IMG/VR virus record: IMGVR_UViG_3300027736_000020
Span: 64,001 to 128,000 of that record
Source: a virus
DNA: 64,000 nucleotides
Reading direction: 5' to 3' (one strand)
Notes under the pieces: model-generated
Database searches by the model: none
What the model was told of the DNA's origin: nothing
What the model saw: the letters and a program-made list of their open reading frames with translations, nothing else
Position numbers and translations under genes: made by a program
Part shown: one piece after another, positions 27,521 to 36,344 of the stretch
Position numbering within the stretch: the first letter of the stretch is position 1
Layout of the letters: each line of letters begins with the position of its first letter

Positions 27521-29266
27521 TTAGTTGAGCGCACCAACGTTCTTGAAGATGAACTGGCGCTCAGGCGACTTGAGAACAAGTGTATGATACAGAAGCAGCA
27601 AGTACTCAAACGTGGTGTTCGTCGGAGCGAGCGGCATCTTGAGCAGTGGCGACATCTGCGCGATACAGAGGTCAGCCGAATTGCGGCAGATCAGCGGCGC
27701 AATGTTCGTGCCACCACGGAAGTTGTTGTACAACTCCGGCGTGCCATTGCGATCCGTGAACGTACCAGCCGTTCCCGGAAGATGTCCGACATACTGCCAG
27801 CGATTGGCACCACTGCTGTCAGTAGCACCAAATCCCGGAGTCGCTTCTCCGGAAGCATTCAACTTGCAACGATAGATTCGGAAAGACTTCGCCTTATCAA
27901 CCGCAGGAACAGTAAGAATGACCGAATCTCCAGCAGCAACGCTCACCTCAGTTCGCGAAACTGTCGAAGTTACATTGGCAACACTATTCAGTGCAAGATC
28001 AGTAAGACCTGTAGCAGAAGCGATATTGGTGCCGGTAGTGCCAGATACTGCTACGCCATATATAACAGCCGTAGGTGCACTTTCACCTGCATCACTTACT
28101 GCCGAGATGCCATAGGCATAGTAGCCAACTTCCATGTTGGAAACAAAGCCAGATGAAGCATTATGCGCCGCAGTGATGACCAATTGACCACCAGACGCAG
28201 GAGCAGCAGGAACACCAGTTCCAGAATCACCAGTGGTAAGCGGGGCTCCACCTTCCACCGGCTCGGTGAAGATCGACCACTCGAAAGGAATGACTCCGAA
28301 CGATGTGGACTGTCCGACAATCGACAAACCGGCGAGAAGATTGGTTCGAGCCGAAGTCGAAAGATCAGAGCGATCAACACTGGTGCCCGGTCCAAACGGA
28401 ACGTTGGCAACGTTATTGATGCTTCCCAACTGTGTAGAGTAGCGCAGCTTGCCAAAATCCTCGATGTTCTGCGGGCTCATGAACAATGTGACATCCTGAA
28501 ACGAAAGAAGCTTGCCTTCCGTCACGAGACGGGAAGCAGTATTCGCCAGAACATCCATCGTGAGCGGCTTGCCCTTCATGTCAATGATGTTCTTCTTGCG
28601 TTTGGTTGTAAGCTGCTTGAGAAGACCATCATAGTTCGAATCCGAACCCGAAGCATCCAGAATCGCTTCGTCACCATACATGACGGCTCTTTCGATTCTT
28701 TGCATGAAATCCATGGTGCGGCCAAGCTGATCCTCAGCAACCGGATCGACGGACATTCCGCCAAGGATGTTGGTCAGCACTGCCGGATGAGTCACACCAC
28801 CGCGAGTTCCGAGGAACTTCACGTATGCCCCATTACGGCTCCACTGACCAGCTCCACCCGTAGGAGCGCCACCTTCGGCAAATCCGAAATGTCCTCTGGT
28901 CGAACCATAGGAATCACGACGGTTCCACTGATAGAATGGCTGCTTCGACGGCTCCTTGTGAAGGAAGCGAAAAATCTTGAGATGCTCGGCAGTCGCAAGA
29001 ACGCTTGTCATCGTGTTGTCAAGGTTCTCAAGACGCAATGCACTGCCTTGTCCAGCTCCCTGACCACCCGAGTTTGGGTAGACAGGACCATACTGATTCG
29101 ATCCAGCCGTGGTGACAATACCCGTGTTGAGAGCCTTGCGAATCTCGTCAACGATGTCATCTCCTCCGAACTGCTGACGGCTCCAGTCCCGGACAGTCAT
29201 ATCGAAGCTTTTGTTCAGGGGCTCCGGCCTGCGGTACCCCGAAGGGAATTCTGTTAAAAGCGACAT
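27521..29266 (-). CDS. Major capsid protein (HK97 fold, Herelleviridae-like)
   Basis: GSALRLENLDNTMTSV...FAEGG...VKFLGTRGGVT...DPVAEDQ...IERAVMYGD...YDGLLKQL...IIDMKGKPL, plus the FN3-like insertion (YAYGISAVSDAGESAP...FRIYR) typical of SPO1/K/A511-type capsids. Follows protease and scaffold. Confidence 0.92.
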   Translation of the reverse strand: MSLLTEFPSGYRRPEPLNKSFDMTVRDWSRQQFGGDDIVDEIRKALNTGIVTTAGSNQYGPVYPNSGGQGAGQGSALRLENLDNTMTSVLATAEHLKIFRFLHKEPSKQPFYQWNRRDSYGSTRGHFGFAEGGAPTGGAGQWSRNGAYVKFLGTRGGVTHPAVLTNILGGMSVDPVAEDQLGRTMDFMQRIERAVMYGDEAILDASGSDSNYDGLLKQLTTKRKKNIIDMKGKPLTMDVLANTASRLVTEGKLLSFQDVTLFMSPQNIEDFGKLRYSTQLGSINNVANVPFGPGTSVDRSDLSTSARTNLLAGLSIVGQSTSFGVIPFEWSIFTEPVEGGAPLTTGDSGTGVPAAPASGGQLVITAAHNASSGFVSNMEVGYYAYGISAVSDAGESAPTAVIYGVAVSGTTGTNIASATGLTDLALNSVANVTSTVSRTEVSVAAGDSVILTVPAVDKAKSFRIYRCKLNASGEATPGFGATDSSGANRWQYVGHLPGTAGTFTDRNGTPELYNNFRGGTNIAPLICRNSADLCIAQMSPLLKMPLAPTNTTFEYLLLLYHTLVLKSPERQFIFKNVGALN

Positions 29267-29287
29267 AGTAGTTCTCCTTTTTCCTTT

Positions 29288-30886
29288 TTAGTAAGACTGC
29301 GCCTTGTTCAAGATCCGCTCTTGCAACTTCGGAGGAAGCTGCTTGAACACTCCCACTGGACCAGTAGTCGGACTATCAGTCTCAGTTAACCACCGCAGGG
29401 CTTCTTTCGGCGAAAATTCGCCATCAAGAACAGATTGTTGAATGATGGAACCAACCAACGACTTGGTAAGACGTTGCTCAGTGTCCGTTCCATCGACAAT
29501 TGCACGACCTGTGTCATCGATCATGACGTTTGCCTTGCGAAGGGCCTGACCCTCAACAAGAACCCTGCCATTCATGAGCACTCCGGGGTTCATTTCGCGC
29601 ATGTCTTCGCCGCCATTGGCAAAGGACTTGTTCAATGTTCCACCGTTTTGTGCAAGCGCAGCTGTGGATTTCGCCATTCTTTCAAGACCCAAGGCAAGTG
29701 CGGCTTGAGACTTGACAACAGTGCTTACCGCATTGGCAAGCATTGCCGTGGACTGATACTGCTCTTCGCGAACTGCCTCCACCTGCTCGGAAATGTCAGA
29801 GAGGAAACGTCCGAAAACATTCACCATCTGAGCAAGTTCCTTGCTGGCTTCGACAACTTCGGCGACTCGGGCACCGTCAGGACCATCAACGAGAGCCTTG
29901 TGAATATCACCGAGTTGAACAGGCGAAAAGCTCTTCTTGGTCATCTTCTTCTTCGCTCTGGCACGGGCCATTGCTCGAAGACGTGAATCCTGCTCTTCAT
30001 CCTCTTCCTCGTCCTCATCATCTATGCCATCGCCATCCGCATCGTCCTCGTCGTCTTCTTCGTCATCGTCGTCTTCTTCGTCGTATTCGTCGTCTTCGTC
30101 GTCGTCATCGTCATCGTCATCGTCGTTACGACCGTATGCCTTACCCATGGGCATACCCTTGCCATCTTCTTCTTCTTCTGGGTCCATGTCATCATCGGCA
30201 CCCTGAGCACCATCACCGGCACCCATTCCGCCCGGACCACCCGGACCACCCGGACCACCCGGACCACCCGGACCACCCTGTTGGGATTGCATTCGGCGCT
30301 GCAGTTCCTGCATCACCATCTGCTTCTGTTCTGGGGTGAGCTTGGCCCACATGGCGGGATCAATGCCCGGAGGACAAGGAATGTCTCCGCCCTCGTCATC
30401 CTCGCCACCCGGAGGAGGTCCACCTTGAGGAGGTCCACCCATCGGTCCACCCGGAGGAGGCCCACCCATCGGTCCACCCGGAGGAGGTCCACCCATCGGT
30501 CCACCCGGAGGAGGTCCACCCGGCATGGCCTTGCCCATCTTGGGAAGAGCAGTGCTCTGCTGATTCTTGGCATGCTTGCCCCTGCGCTTGTTGCTGCTTC
30601 CTTCGACATTCTGCGCATTGGAATAGACACCCGCAAACTTCTCGGGATTGATCAGTCCACGCTTGCCCATTCTCAGGATGTCAGGCGATCCGCCATCGAT
30701 TTCCTTTCCAAAAGGCGAAGTCAGAATCTTACCCTGAAGATTTCCCTTGTCGGTGATCGTGCCACTCTTGGCCAGATCGATCAACCCGGAAACAGCTTTG
30801 TCCAAAACGGACAACGCATCAGGGATGTTATGCTGATTCAATTCCCTTTCTAACTTGGCACGAGCCGCGTTCATTTCATTAGCCAT
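29288..30886 (-). CDS. Putative capsid scaffold protein with low-complexity core
   Basis: 532 aa between protease and MCP. Helical ends, Pro/Gly/Met repeats, a long D/E tract and many K[S/A] motifs. Confidence 0.7.
   Translation of the reverse strand: MANEMNAARAKLERELNQHNIPDALSVLDKAVSGLIDLAKSGTITDKGNLQGKILTSPFGKEIDGGSPDILRMGKRGLINPEKFAGVYSNAQNVEGSSNKRRGKHAKNQQSTALPKMGKAMPGGPPPGGPMGGPPPGGPMGGPPPGGPMGGPPQGGPPPGGEDDEGGDIPCPPGIDPAMWAKLTPEQKQMVMQELQRRMQSQQGGPGGPGGPGGPGGPGGMGAGDGAQGADDDMDPEEEEDGKGMPMGKAYGRNDDDDDDDDDEDDEYDEEDDDDEEDDEDDADGDGIDDEDEEEDEEQDSRLRAMARARAKKKMTKKSFSPVQLGDIHKALVDGPDGARVAEVVEASKELAQMVNVFGRFLSDISEQVEAVREEQYQSTAMLANAVSTVVKSQAALALGLERMAKSTAALAQNGGTLNKSFANGGEDMREMNPGVLMNGRVLVEGQALRKANVMIDDTGRAIVDGTDTEQRLTKSLVGSIIQQSVLDGEFSPKEALRWLTETDSPTTGPVGVFKQLPPKLQERILNKAQSY
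30234..30278 (-). repeat. 5 x 9-bp tandem repeat (GGP)
   Basis: ggaccaccc five times in perfect tandem on the plus strand. Confidence 0.9.
30411..30524 (-). repeat. About 4 x 27-bp tandem repeat (GGPPPGGPM)
   Basis: ggaggaggtccacccatcggtccaccc repeated with few substitutions. Confidence 0.85.
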
Positions 30887-30897
30887 AAATTTTCTCC

Positions 30898-31944
30898 TTA
30901 ATGGATAGTTTGAGCCTTGAATAATCTGGAGTTCTTGGCAAGAACTTCAGCAGCCAACATTGGCTGTATTCCACAACAGTACACAAGATGATCTAATGCT
31001 CCTTGATATCCTTTCTTGAATTGTTCATTCATTTTGCAGTTATTATCATCCATGCAATCATCATACAACATGGAGATAATTTCTGTAAAATCGTCCATGG
31101 AATACAGCGATTTCTTAAGACGGGAGTTACCCACTGCTGCATCCATTTTCTTCCTCTGGGCAGTTTGAGAAACAAGATTTTCTGTTGTCAAAACAGCAGG
31201 CCCAGTTGATCCGGGCCCCATGTTTCCTGTATTGCCAAGCCCAAACGTTTTTTCAAAATACAAGGACTTCACAAGTTCGCCAAAGCTCTTGAAAATGAAA
31301 TGAGGAACATTATTGTCAAGGGTGTCAATCATCACTGAGTCCTGAACCTTGAATCCTTGGCTTTTCGCCATGACACAACGGGCTACCGCTTGGGCATTGA
31401 CAGGTTCATGTGTTGCCGCCATGTGACGAACCACTGTTTCAGCAAGAACCGTTCCCTGACGGACCCGAACTCCGCCTTCGACGGAGAACCCTAGGAAACG
31501 GTCTTCTCCAATCCCTGATGCATCCTCCAGAGCCTTGGAAAGACCCCAGACTGCTTCGGATCTTGGCATGCTTTCGAAAAGGAGTGCGCGGAAAAATGTG
31601 GCAGGAAGTCCATTTGGTGTATTTGGGCCACCCGGAAGCTTGATGACTTCAAGGGGCTTTCCAATCTGGTCTTCTGGAGCGTGACTATGATTCCAATTCA
31701 AATATCCTTTTTCGAGCAAATACGAGCAATCCATTTTGTCCTGAATGACAACCTCCCCTTGTTGATCCTTGTCTTCAGTAGACGCAATACCCTCGATGAT
31801 GCGACCTGTCTTGATATCACCGGTCTTGTTCGTATATTGACCAACAAATGCCTTGCTAAACATGAGCGGAACCTGAAATGTCGCAGTGACGCCCTCGCTT
31901 ACCAAACTTTGCCGATGTTGTTTCAGAGATTCAAGCTGATTCAT
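30898..31944 (-). CDS. Prohead (capsid maturation) protease
   Basis: IIEGIASTEDKDQQGEVVIQ...GYLNWNH...IGKP...LGFSVEG...AATHEPVN: HK97/herpes-type protease motifs including the catalytic His and Ser contexts. Confidence 0.9.
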   Translation of the reverse strand: MNQLESLKQHRQSLVSEGVTATFQVPLMFSKAFVGQYTNKTGDIKTGRIIEGIASTEDKDQQGEVVIQDKMDCSYLLEKGYLNWNHSHAPEDQIGKPLEVIKLPGGPNTPNGLPATFFRALLFESMPRSEAVWGLSKALEDASGIGEDRFLGFSVEGGVRVRQGTVLAETVVRHMAATHEPVNAQAVARCVMAKSQGFKVQDSVMIDTLDNNVPHFIFKSFGELVKSLYFEKTFGLGNTGNMGPGSTGPAVLTTENLVSQTAQRKKMDAAVGNSRLKKSLYSMDDFTEIISMLYDDCMDDNNCKMNEQFKKGYQGALDHLVYCCGIQPMLAAEVLAKNSRLFKAQTIH

Positions 31945-31961
31945 TGTTTTTGGCCATCCTC

Positions 31962-32021
31962 AAAAAAAACAGACCATCTTTATCACCGAGAATGCAATAC
32001 ATTCCTAGCGACGAAGATGGT
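31962..32021 (-). promoter_or_regulatory. Long imperfect hairpin plus U8 tract in the leader of the protease-scaffold-capsid unit
   Basis: ACCATCTT-CGTCGCTAGGAATG-TATTG-CATTCTCGGTGATA-AAGATGGT-CTG-TTTTTTTT, then GAGGA and the ATG at 31944. Confidence 0.55.
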
Positions 32022-32108
32022 CCTTTTGCAATCTGCAATAACCCTATTTCGTACTACTCATATAATACCTTTTTCATAACCGACAAAAGGCCTTGATGTT
32101 TTTGAAAA

Positions 32109-32714
32109 TTAGAAAGGGTTATCTTCCGTGTTCTTTGGCTGGGTCATGCTCTTGATCTTCGTGACAGCAGCTGCAGCCTCTTCACGGGACATGTTCTTTG
32201 CCTCGTCAAACGGAATGTCAAGTGCTGTGCTGATCTTTGTTGCGGCATCATCAGACATCCGCCACGTTACAGGAAGGGCAGGAACAACGTTTGCGCGGCT
32301 GATGGTTGCATTACGCTCCGCAAACACCTCCTCCCGGATATTTTCCTCAAGACCATCATTGCGGCCGAGTGCATCCATCCATGCACGCTTCTTTGCCCTT
32401 GACTCGGCAATGTGCATGTAGAAAGAAGGATTGGATACGCCATGAATGACATTGGCCCCGTTCTTGCGAGGGTACGCTGCTCCCATGGATGTGTAACGAC
32501 GATTAGGATCGCCTTCGCGCAATGGAGGCATGACCACCTCGGCCTTGATCACGCAAAGATACTCATTCGCGGGAGTTGGGGGCACTTCCATGGAAGTGTC
32601 GGTAGAAATCATTCCTGCGTTGCGGATTTCCTGAAGTACCTGATTGTACGATGGCCCGGAATCCCTTCCTCCGCCTGAGGAACGAAACCCACTGGATTGT
32701 GCGTATGCTGACAT
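32109..32714 (-). CDS. Putative Rad52/Sak-like single-strand annealing protein
   Basis: 201 aa, AGGAGA RBS. VIKAEV...RYTSMGAA...MHIAESRAKKRAWMDALG resembles the A-x-T/S-x-A-x-K-R-A-x3-LG helix of Rad52-like phage recombinases. Ends in acidic ..TEDNPF. Confidence 0.5.
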   Translation of the reverse strand: MSAYAQSSGFRSSGGGRDSGPSYNQVLQEIRNAGMISTDTSMEVPPTPANEYLCVIKAEVVMPPLREGDPNRRYTSMGAAYPRKNGANVIHGVSNPSFYMHIAESRAKKRAWMDALGRNDGLEENIREEVFAERNATISRANVVPALPVTWRMSDDAATKISTALDIPFDEAKNMSREEAAAAVTKIKSMTQPKNTEDNPF

Positions 32715-32737
32715 CGCCTATCTCCTAAGTAGTGCGC

Positions 32738-33418
32738 TTACCCCCAGTTGCTGGACGGCCATGGGAGGTGCGCCTTCCTCAATAATACACGAAGTCCGAG
32801 ATCCCTGCCTTTTTCCCACCGGGGAGCTGGGGGAGTCCATGACACGAACTCGAATCTTGGCTCATAGACAACGGCGTAGACTGTCTCGAATGCAGGAGAT
32901 GTTTCGTTGGAATTCCATAGCAAGGTTTTTCCCTCAGCTCCTCCAAGCACGTAATCTACATCCTGTTCCCATGTTGTTTCCGTTCCTGTCTCTGAGTTTA
33001 TTTGAGAAACACGAAGTATTTTTTTTACCGGAGTGTAAATCAGTTTGTCTTTTTTGCCGCGAATAAGCAATTCCCCCGGATACGGAAATCCTCTGCTCCA
33101 TGTAGGGATAATCTTGTCATAATCCTTGAATCTTCTTTGGCTATTAGGCAAGGGAGAACAGGACATGTCTTCAGGAAGCGCCATTCCAGTCTGCAACCAC
33201 ATCCTTCCTGTCCTGTCAGAATCAAGTCCAGTGATGATGGCAACAATCTTCTTGGGATTTATCCAGTACATTCCTAGACCATTGCAACGAACACAAGTGA
33301 TATTGGCATCTTCTGGTTTGCCCGTTGGGGAACAGGTACACAGTTGCCCTTGATAATGAGTAATGACTTCGCCATGCGACAATATCATCCGAGTGTGAAA
33401 GGGAATATGGATTGGCAT
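32738..33418 (-). CDS. Neck/head-closure protein (Zn-binding CxC...CxxC type)
   Basis: LCTCSPTGKPEDANITCVRCNGLGMYW matches the CPC...CxxCxGxG motif of SPO1/K-like head completion proteins. Confidence 0.65.
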   Translation of the reverse strand: MPIHIPFHTRMILSHGEVITHYQGQLCTCSPTGKPEDANITCVRCNGLGMYWINPKKIVAIITGLDSDRTGRMWLQTGMALPEDMSCSPLPNSQRRFKDYDKIIPTWSRGFPYPGELLIRGKKDKLIYTPVKKILRVSQINSETGTETTWEQDVDYVLGGAEGKTLLWNSNETSPAFETVYAVVYEPRFEFVSWTPPAPRWEKGRDLGLRVLLRKAHLPWPSSNWG

Positions 33419-34873
33419 TTACGCTCCTATGACACCCATGAGGAAACCACCCAGTTTGGATTTGATTCTCGGAATCTCCATCTGTATCCATTGCTCATGT
33501 GCCTGAATGGTTGTCGCATAGGGGCCACCCGGATTATAGGAAAGGCTGCTTGACAGGCCATCCCTTGACGCGGATTCTCCACCCACACCACCCTGATAGG
33601 CTCTTCCTGCCTCAGTAAGTATCGCACTCGTGGCAACCCGTGCAACAAGCTCCAGAACAACCGCACGGTCATTTTGCTCAAGATCAGGCAAGCCGAATGT
33701 TGCGGTGTAATTCCAGAATGAAGGCAGATCATTCCTCATGTAAAAAGGAGATAGCATTGGATTTGCAAATACTGTCCAGCTTACAAAACTACGTATTGAA
33801 GGGACAAGCGTGACAAAACTGCTCATCCTGTCAACCGTGTTGTTGTACCAGTCTCCATCAACCTCCACAAGTTTGTTTACCCCGAAATAGCCAACAAGAC
33901 GATGAATCTTGAGGCACCATTGCTGCGGGAATCGGAATCCCGGCCAATTGTTTGCGTTCCCACTGACGCGATAATCAACGGGCCTTCCGATCCTATCCCA
34001 ATGAAGTTCCTGTCGCATCTGACCCATGTGGTCATCTGCGTAACTGGGTGTTGCAGGAAGCGTCGTGTATATGTATGGCTCAATAGGAAACCCTAATTTT
34101 GATTCAACCGATCTTATTGAGTTTCTTATTCTTTCTTGTATCATTTCATCGTTCATCATTGACTCAGTGATGAGAATGTTTTCTGTCTTGTTAACGGTTG
34201 GCAGCAGAGATGAATCCACTGTAACAAGCATGTAATTTATTGTTGACTGATCAGTCATTATATATTGAGTATTGGTATTTGGTTCAATGATTATTGGATC
34301 ATCGTCTGACCATTCAAGTTTCCAATTGGGATTCAGATATGTCAATGTGAATAATTTTACGCCGGGAATGATTCCATAGGAAACTTCATCGATGGTCAAT
34401 CCAGTTATGACCTTTGGTTGAAATTTCGGCGCAAGAATTTCCTTTGCCTTGAGTGAAACACCAAACAACCATGATTCCTTTAATTTTTTTGTTGTCAACA
34501 AGGTAATGGTAACCTTGGATGTCATTTCCCAGTATTGAGATGCATCGACGGAATTTTCTACTGATACCCTGTATTTTCCAGAAATTGCCCGATTTATTGC
34601 ATCCTTGTCCAAGTCATCAGAACCGAGAAGAAAAGATACGGAGAATTTTCTGTCTGTCACAATTCCTGAAGTAACTATGACAGGCTTGCTCATTACGGTG
34701 CAAAATTGCTCGGGATAATTCAACGACGCAATTTTCTTTATTTTTACGGTAAATGATTCACCTGCCGTCACTGTTCCAGTAAATGATACAGAAACAACAA
34801 TGGTGTTCCTGTTTTCTTCGTACCTGCTATATTCAGTTGCATTGGCGCTTATTGACATAGCAGATATTTGCAT
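33419..34873 (-). CDS. Head-tail adaptor/neck protein
   Basis: 484 aa. The C-terminus (GESASRDGLSSSLSY...YATTIQAHEQWI...IKSKLGGFLMGVI) resembles SPO1/K-like adaptor proteins; adjacent to the closure gene. Confidence 0.6.
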   Translation of the reverse strand: MQISAMSISANATEYSRYEENRNTIVVSVSFTGTVTAGESFTVKIKKIASLNYPEQFCTVMSKPVIVTSGIVTDRKFSVSFLLGSDDLDKDAINRAISGKYRVSVENSVDASQYWEMTSKVTITLLTTKKLKESWLFGVSLKAKEILAPKFQPKVITGLTIDEVSYGIIPGVKLFTLTYLNPNWKLEWSDDDPIIIEPNTNTQYIMTDQSTINYMLVTVDSSLLPTVNKTENILITESMMNDEMIQERIRNSIRSVESKLGFPIEPYIYTTLPATPSYADDHMGQMRQELHWDRIGRPVDYRVSGNANNWPGFRFPQQWCLKIHRLVGYFGVNKLVEVDGDWYNNTVDRMSSFVTLVPSIRSFVSWTVFANPMLSPFYMRNDLPSFWNYTATFGLPDLEQNDRAVVLELVARVATSAILTEAGRAYQGGVGGESASRDGLSSSLSYNPGGPYATTIQAHEQWIQMEIPRIKSKLGGFLMGVIGA

Positions 34874-34874
34874 T

Positions 34875-35180
34875 TTATTTTTCCTGTTCTTTTTGATTAT
34901 CTATGCTATATCGTGTTCCACAAACACATTCTAGAACAAGTGATTTTCCAAGAATAAATACTTTTGTTTTTGAATTAATCATTACCGCTTTGTGAACAAC
35001 AGAATTTACCTCAAGAGTTGCGTTTGATTTTACCATTCTTGTCTTGCATTGCGGATTGGTGCAAACAAAATTTCCAGAGACAGACACATGTGGTTTTTGC
35101 AGGCTTTTTTGAAGTTTTTCAATGAGGGCAGATTGTTTTTCATCTTCTTGTGATCCATCGTTCATATTCTTCATCTTCAT
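34875..35180 (-). CDS. Small Zn-ribbon-like protein
   Basis: 101 aa with CTNPQC and ECVCG Cys pairs. Confidence 0.6.
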   Translation of the reverse strand: MKMKNMNDGSQEDEKQSALIEKLQKSLQKPHVSVSGNFVCTNPQCKTRMVKSNATLEVNSVVHKAVMINSKTKVFILGKSLVLECVCGTRYSIDNQKEQEK

Positions 35181-35688
35181 TGTTATCTTCTAAGGTCTTA
35201 ATTTCTTCATTATCTTGTTGATCCTGCTCTTCCACCACAATTGCTTGAAAGGACTTTATCACTTTTTCAACACAGGCGTTGGCATCATCAGTAATTTGCT
35301 TTCCCTCAAAATGAAAAACCTTATATCCTTTTGCCATTAACCATGAATCTTTGCGTCTGTCTTTCATCCTCGTTTTCATGTTGTTGTGCCAAAATTCTCC
35401 ATCGGCCTCAATGACGACATTGTGTTCTGGCAGAAAAAAATCAATTGACCATGGTCCTATGTCTGCTTGTTCAATAAAATTTATTCCTTTTCTTAGCAAT
35501 GCATATCGAAGTTGATTTTCTATGTTTGTTGCTTTTGCCGAAGAAGGAGAAGATGATATTTTTTTCTGGATATTCTTGGGAGGATCACCATAGTACCTTG
35601 ACCCTCTTTGACCGGGCAAAGAACTTATTGTTGTTTTCATGCCTGAATTTTTAATTGGCAATGATGAACTTGGTCCAACCCTTTTCAT
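35140..35688 (-). CDS. DUF559/Vsr-like PD-(D/E)xK endonuclease
   Basis: IENQLRYAL...FIEQADIGPWSIDFFLPEHNVVIEADGEFWH...DRRKDSWLMAKGYKVFHF is the characteristic DUF559 pattern. Confidence 0.85.
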   Translation of the reverse strand: MKRVGPSSSLPIKNSGMKTTISSLPGQRGSRYYGDPPKNIQKKISSSPSSAKATNIENQLRYALLRKGINFIEQADIGPWSIDFFLPEHNVVIEADGEFWHNNMKTRMKDRRKDSWLMAKGYKVFHFEGKQITDDANACVEKVIKSFQAIVVEEQDQQDNEEIKTLEDNNEDEEYERWITRR

Positions 35689-35691
35689 GAA

Positions 35692-36318
35692 TTATTTCCA
35701 TTTATCTAAGGCTTTTTCCAAACGGTTACGTCTTTCATGAGCAGTCTGTTCAGATTGAGACATTTTGAGTCTTTTCATCTTCCGTACCGACGAAGGTGCC
35801 AATCCTCTGGCATGTCCTCCTCCGGGAGAATTAGTCATGTATGTTCTAGAATATGCCGCAGCTCTGTTGGCTTTCTCAATGCGTTCTTTATCAAGATCTG
35901 TGTTGGCAATTTTACGCTTTTTTTCCTCCATTTTTTTCTCCTCTTCTTCTGACATTTCTTTACGGTGTTCTTTTTTGGCAATTCTGTACAGTCCATTGCC
36001 CATTTTTTCAAGAACGACAAATCTTCCATGAAGAGACGATTTCTTGTTATTTATTGGAACAATGACAAAAGTATTTTCTTTTGGCGCATCCCAATCAAAA
36101 CCTCCACCACCCATGATCATGGGCATGGGAATTGCTGTCTCAAATGAATTTCCGCTTTTTTCCAAACGGGCAAGACTATTTTCAATTTTATTTGTCAGAC
36201 TTCTTTCCATTGGATTCCTTGTCATCTTGTTTTTTTCATTATGGAGATTCAACAAAGCTCTTCTTTGTGCTTTGGCTTTTAATTTGGCTTCATATCTTTT
36301 TTGCGCTGATGTTTCCAT
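35692..36318 (-). CDS. Hypothetical basic protein
   Basis: 208 aa, K/R-rich; GGAG RBS; in operon. Confidence 0.7.
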   Translation of the reverse strand: METSAQKRYEAKLKAKAQRRALLNLHNEKNKMTRNPMERSLTNKIENSLARLEKSGNSFETAIPMPMIMGGGGFDWDAPKENTFVIVPINNKKSSLHGRFVVLEKMGNGLYRIAKKEHRKEMSEEEEKKMEEKKRKIANTDLDKERIEKANRAAAYSRTYMTNSPGGGHARGLAPSSVRKMKRLKMSQSEQTAHERRNRLEKALDKWK

Positions 36319-36344
36319 GATTGTCTCCTAAGTAAAAATTAATA

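Noticed and set aside
28163-29257. 364-aa plus-strand ORF antisense to the major capsid gene (also 27584..28156, 29435..29986 and similar)
   Set aside because: Shadow ORFs from GC-rich, biased codon usage; R/S-rich, motif-free sequence; the minus-strand gene is clearly the real one.
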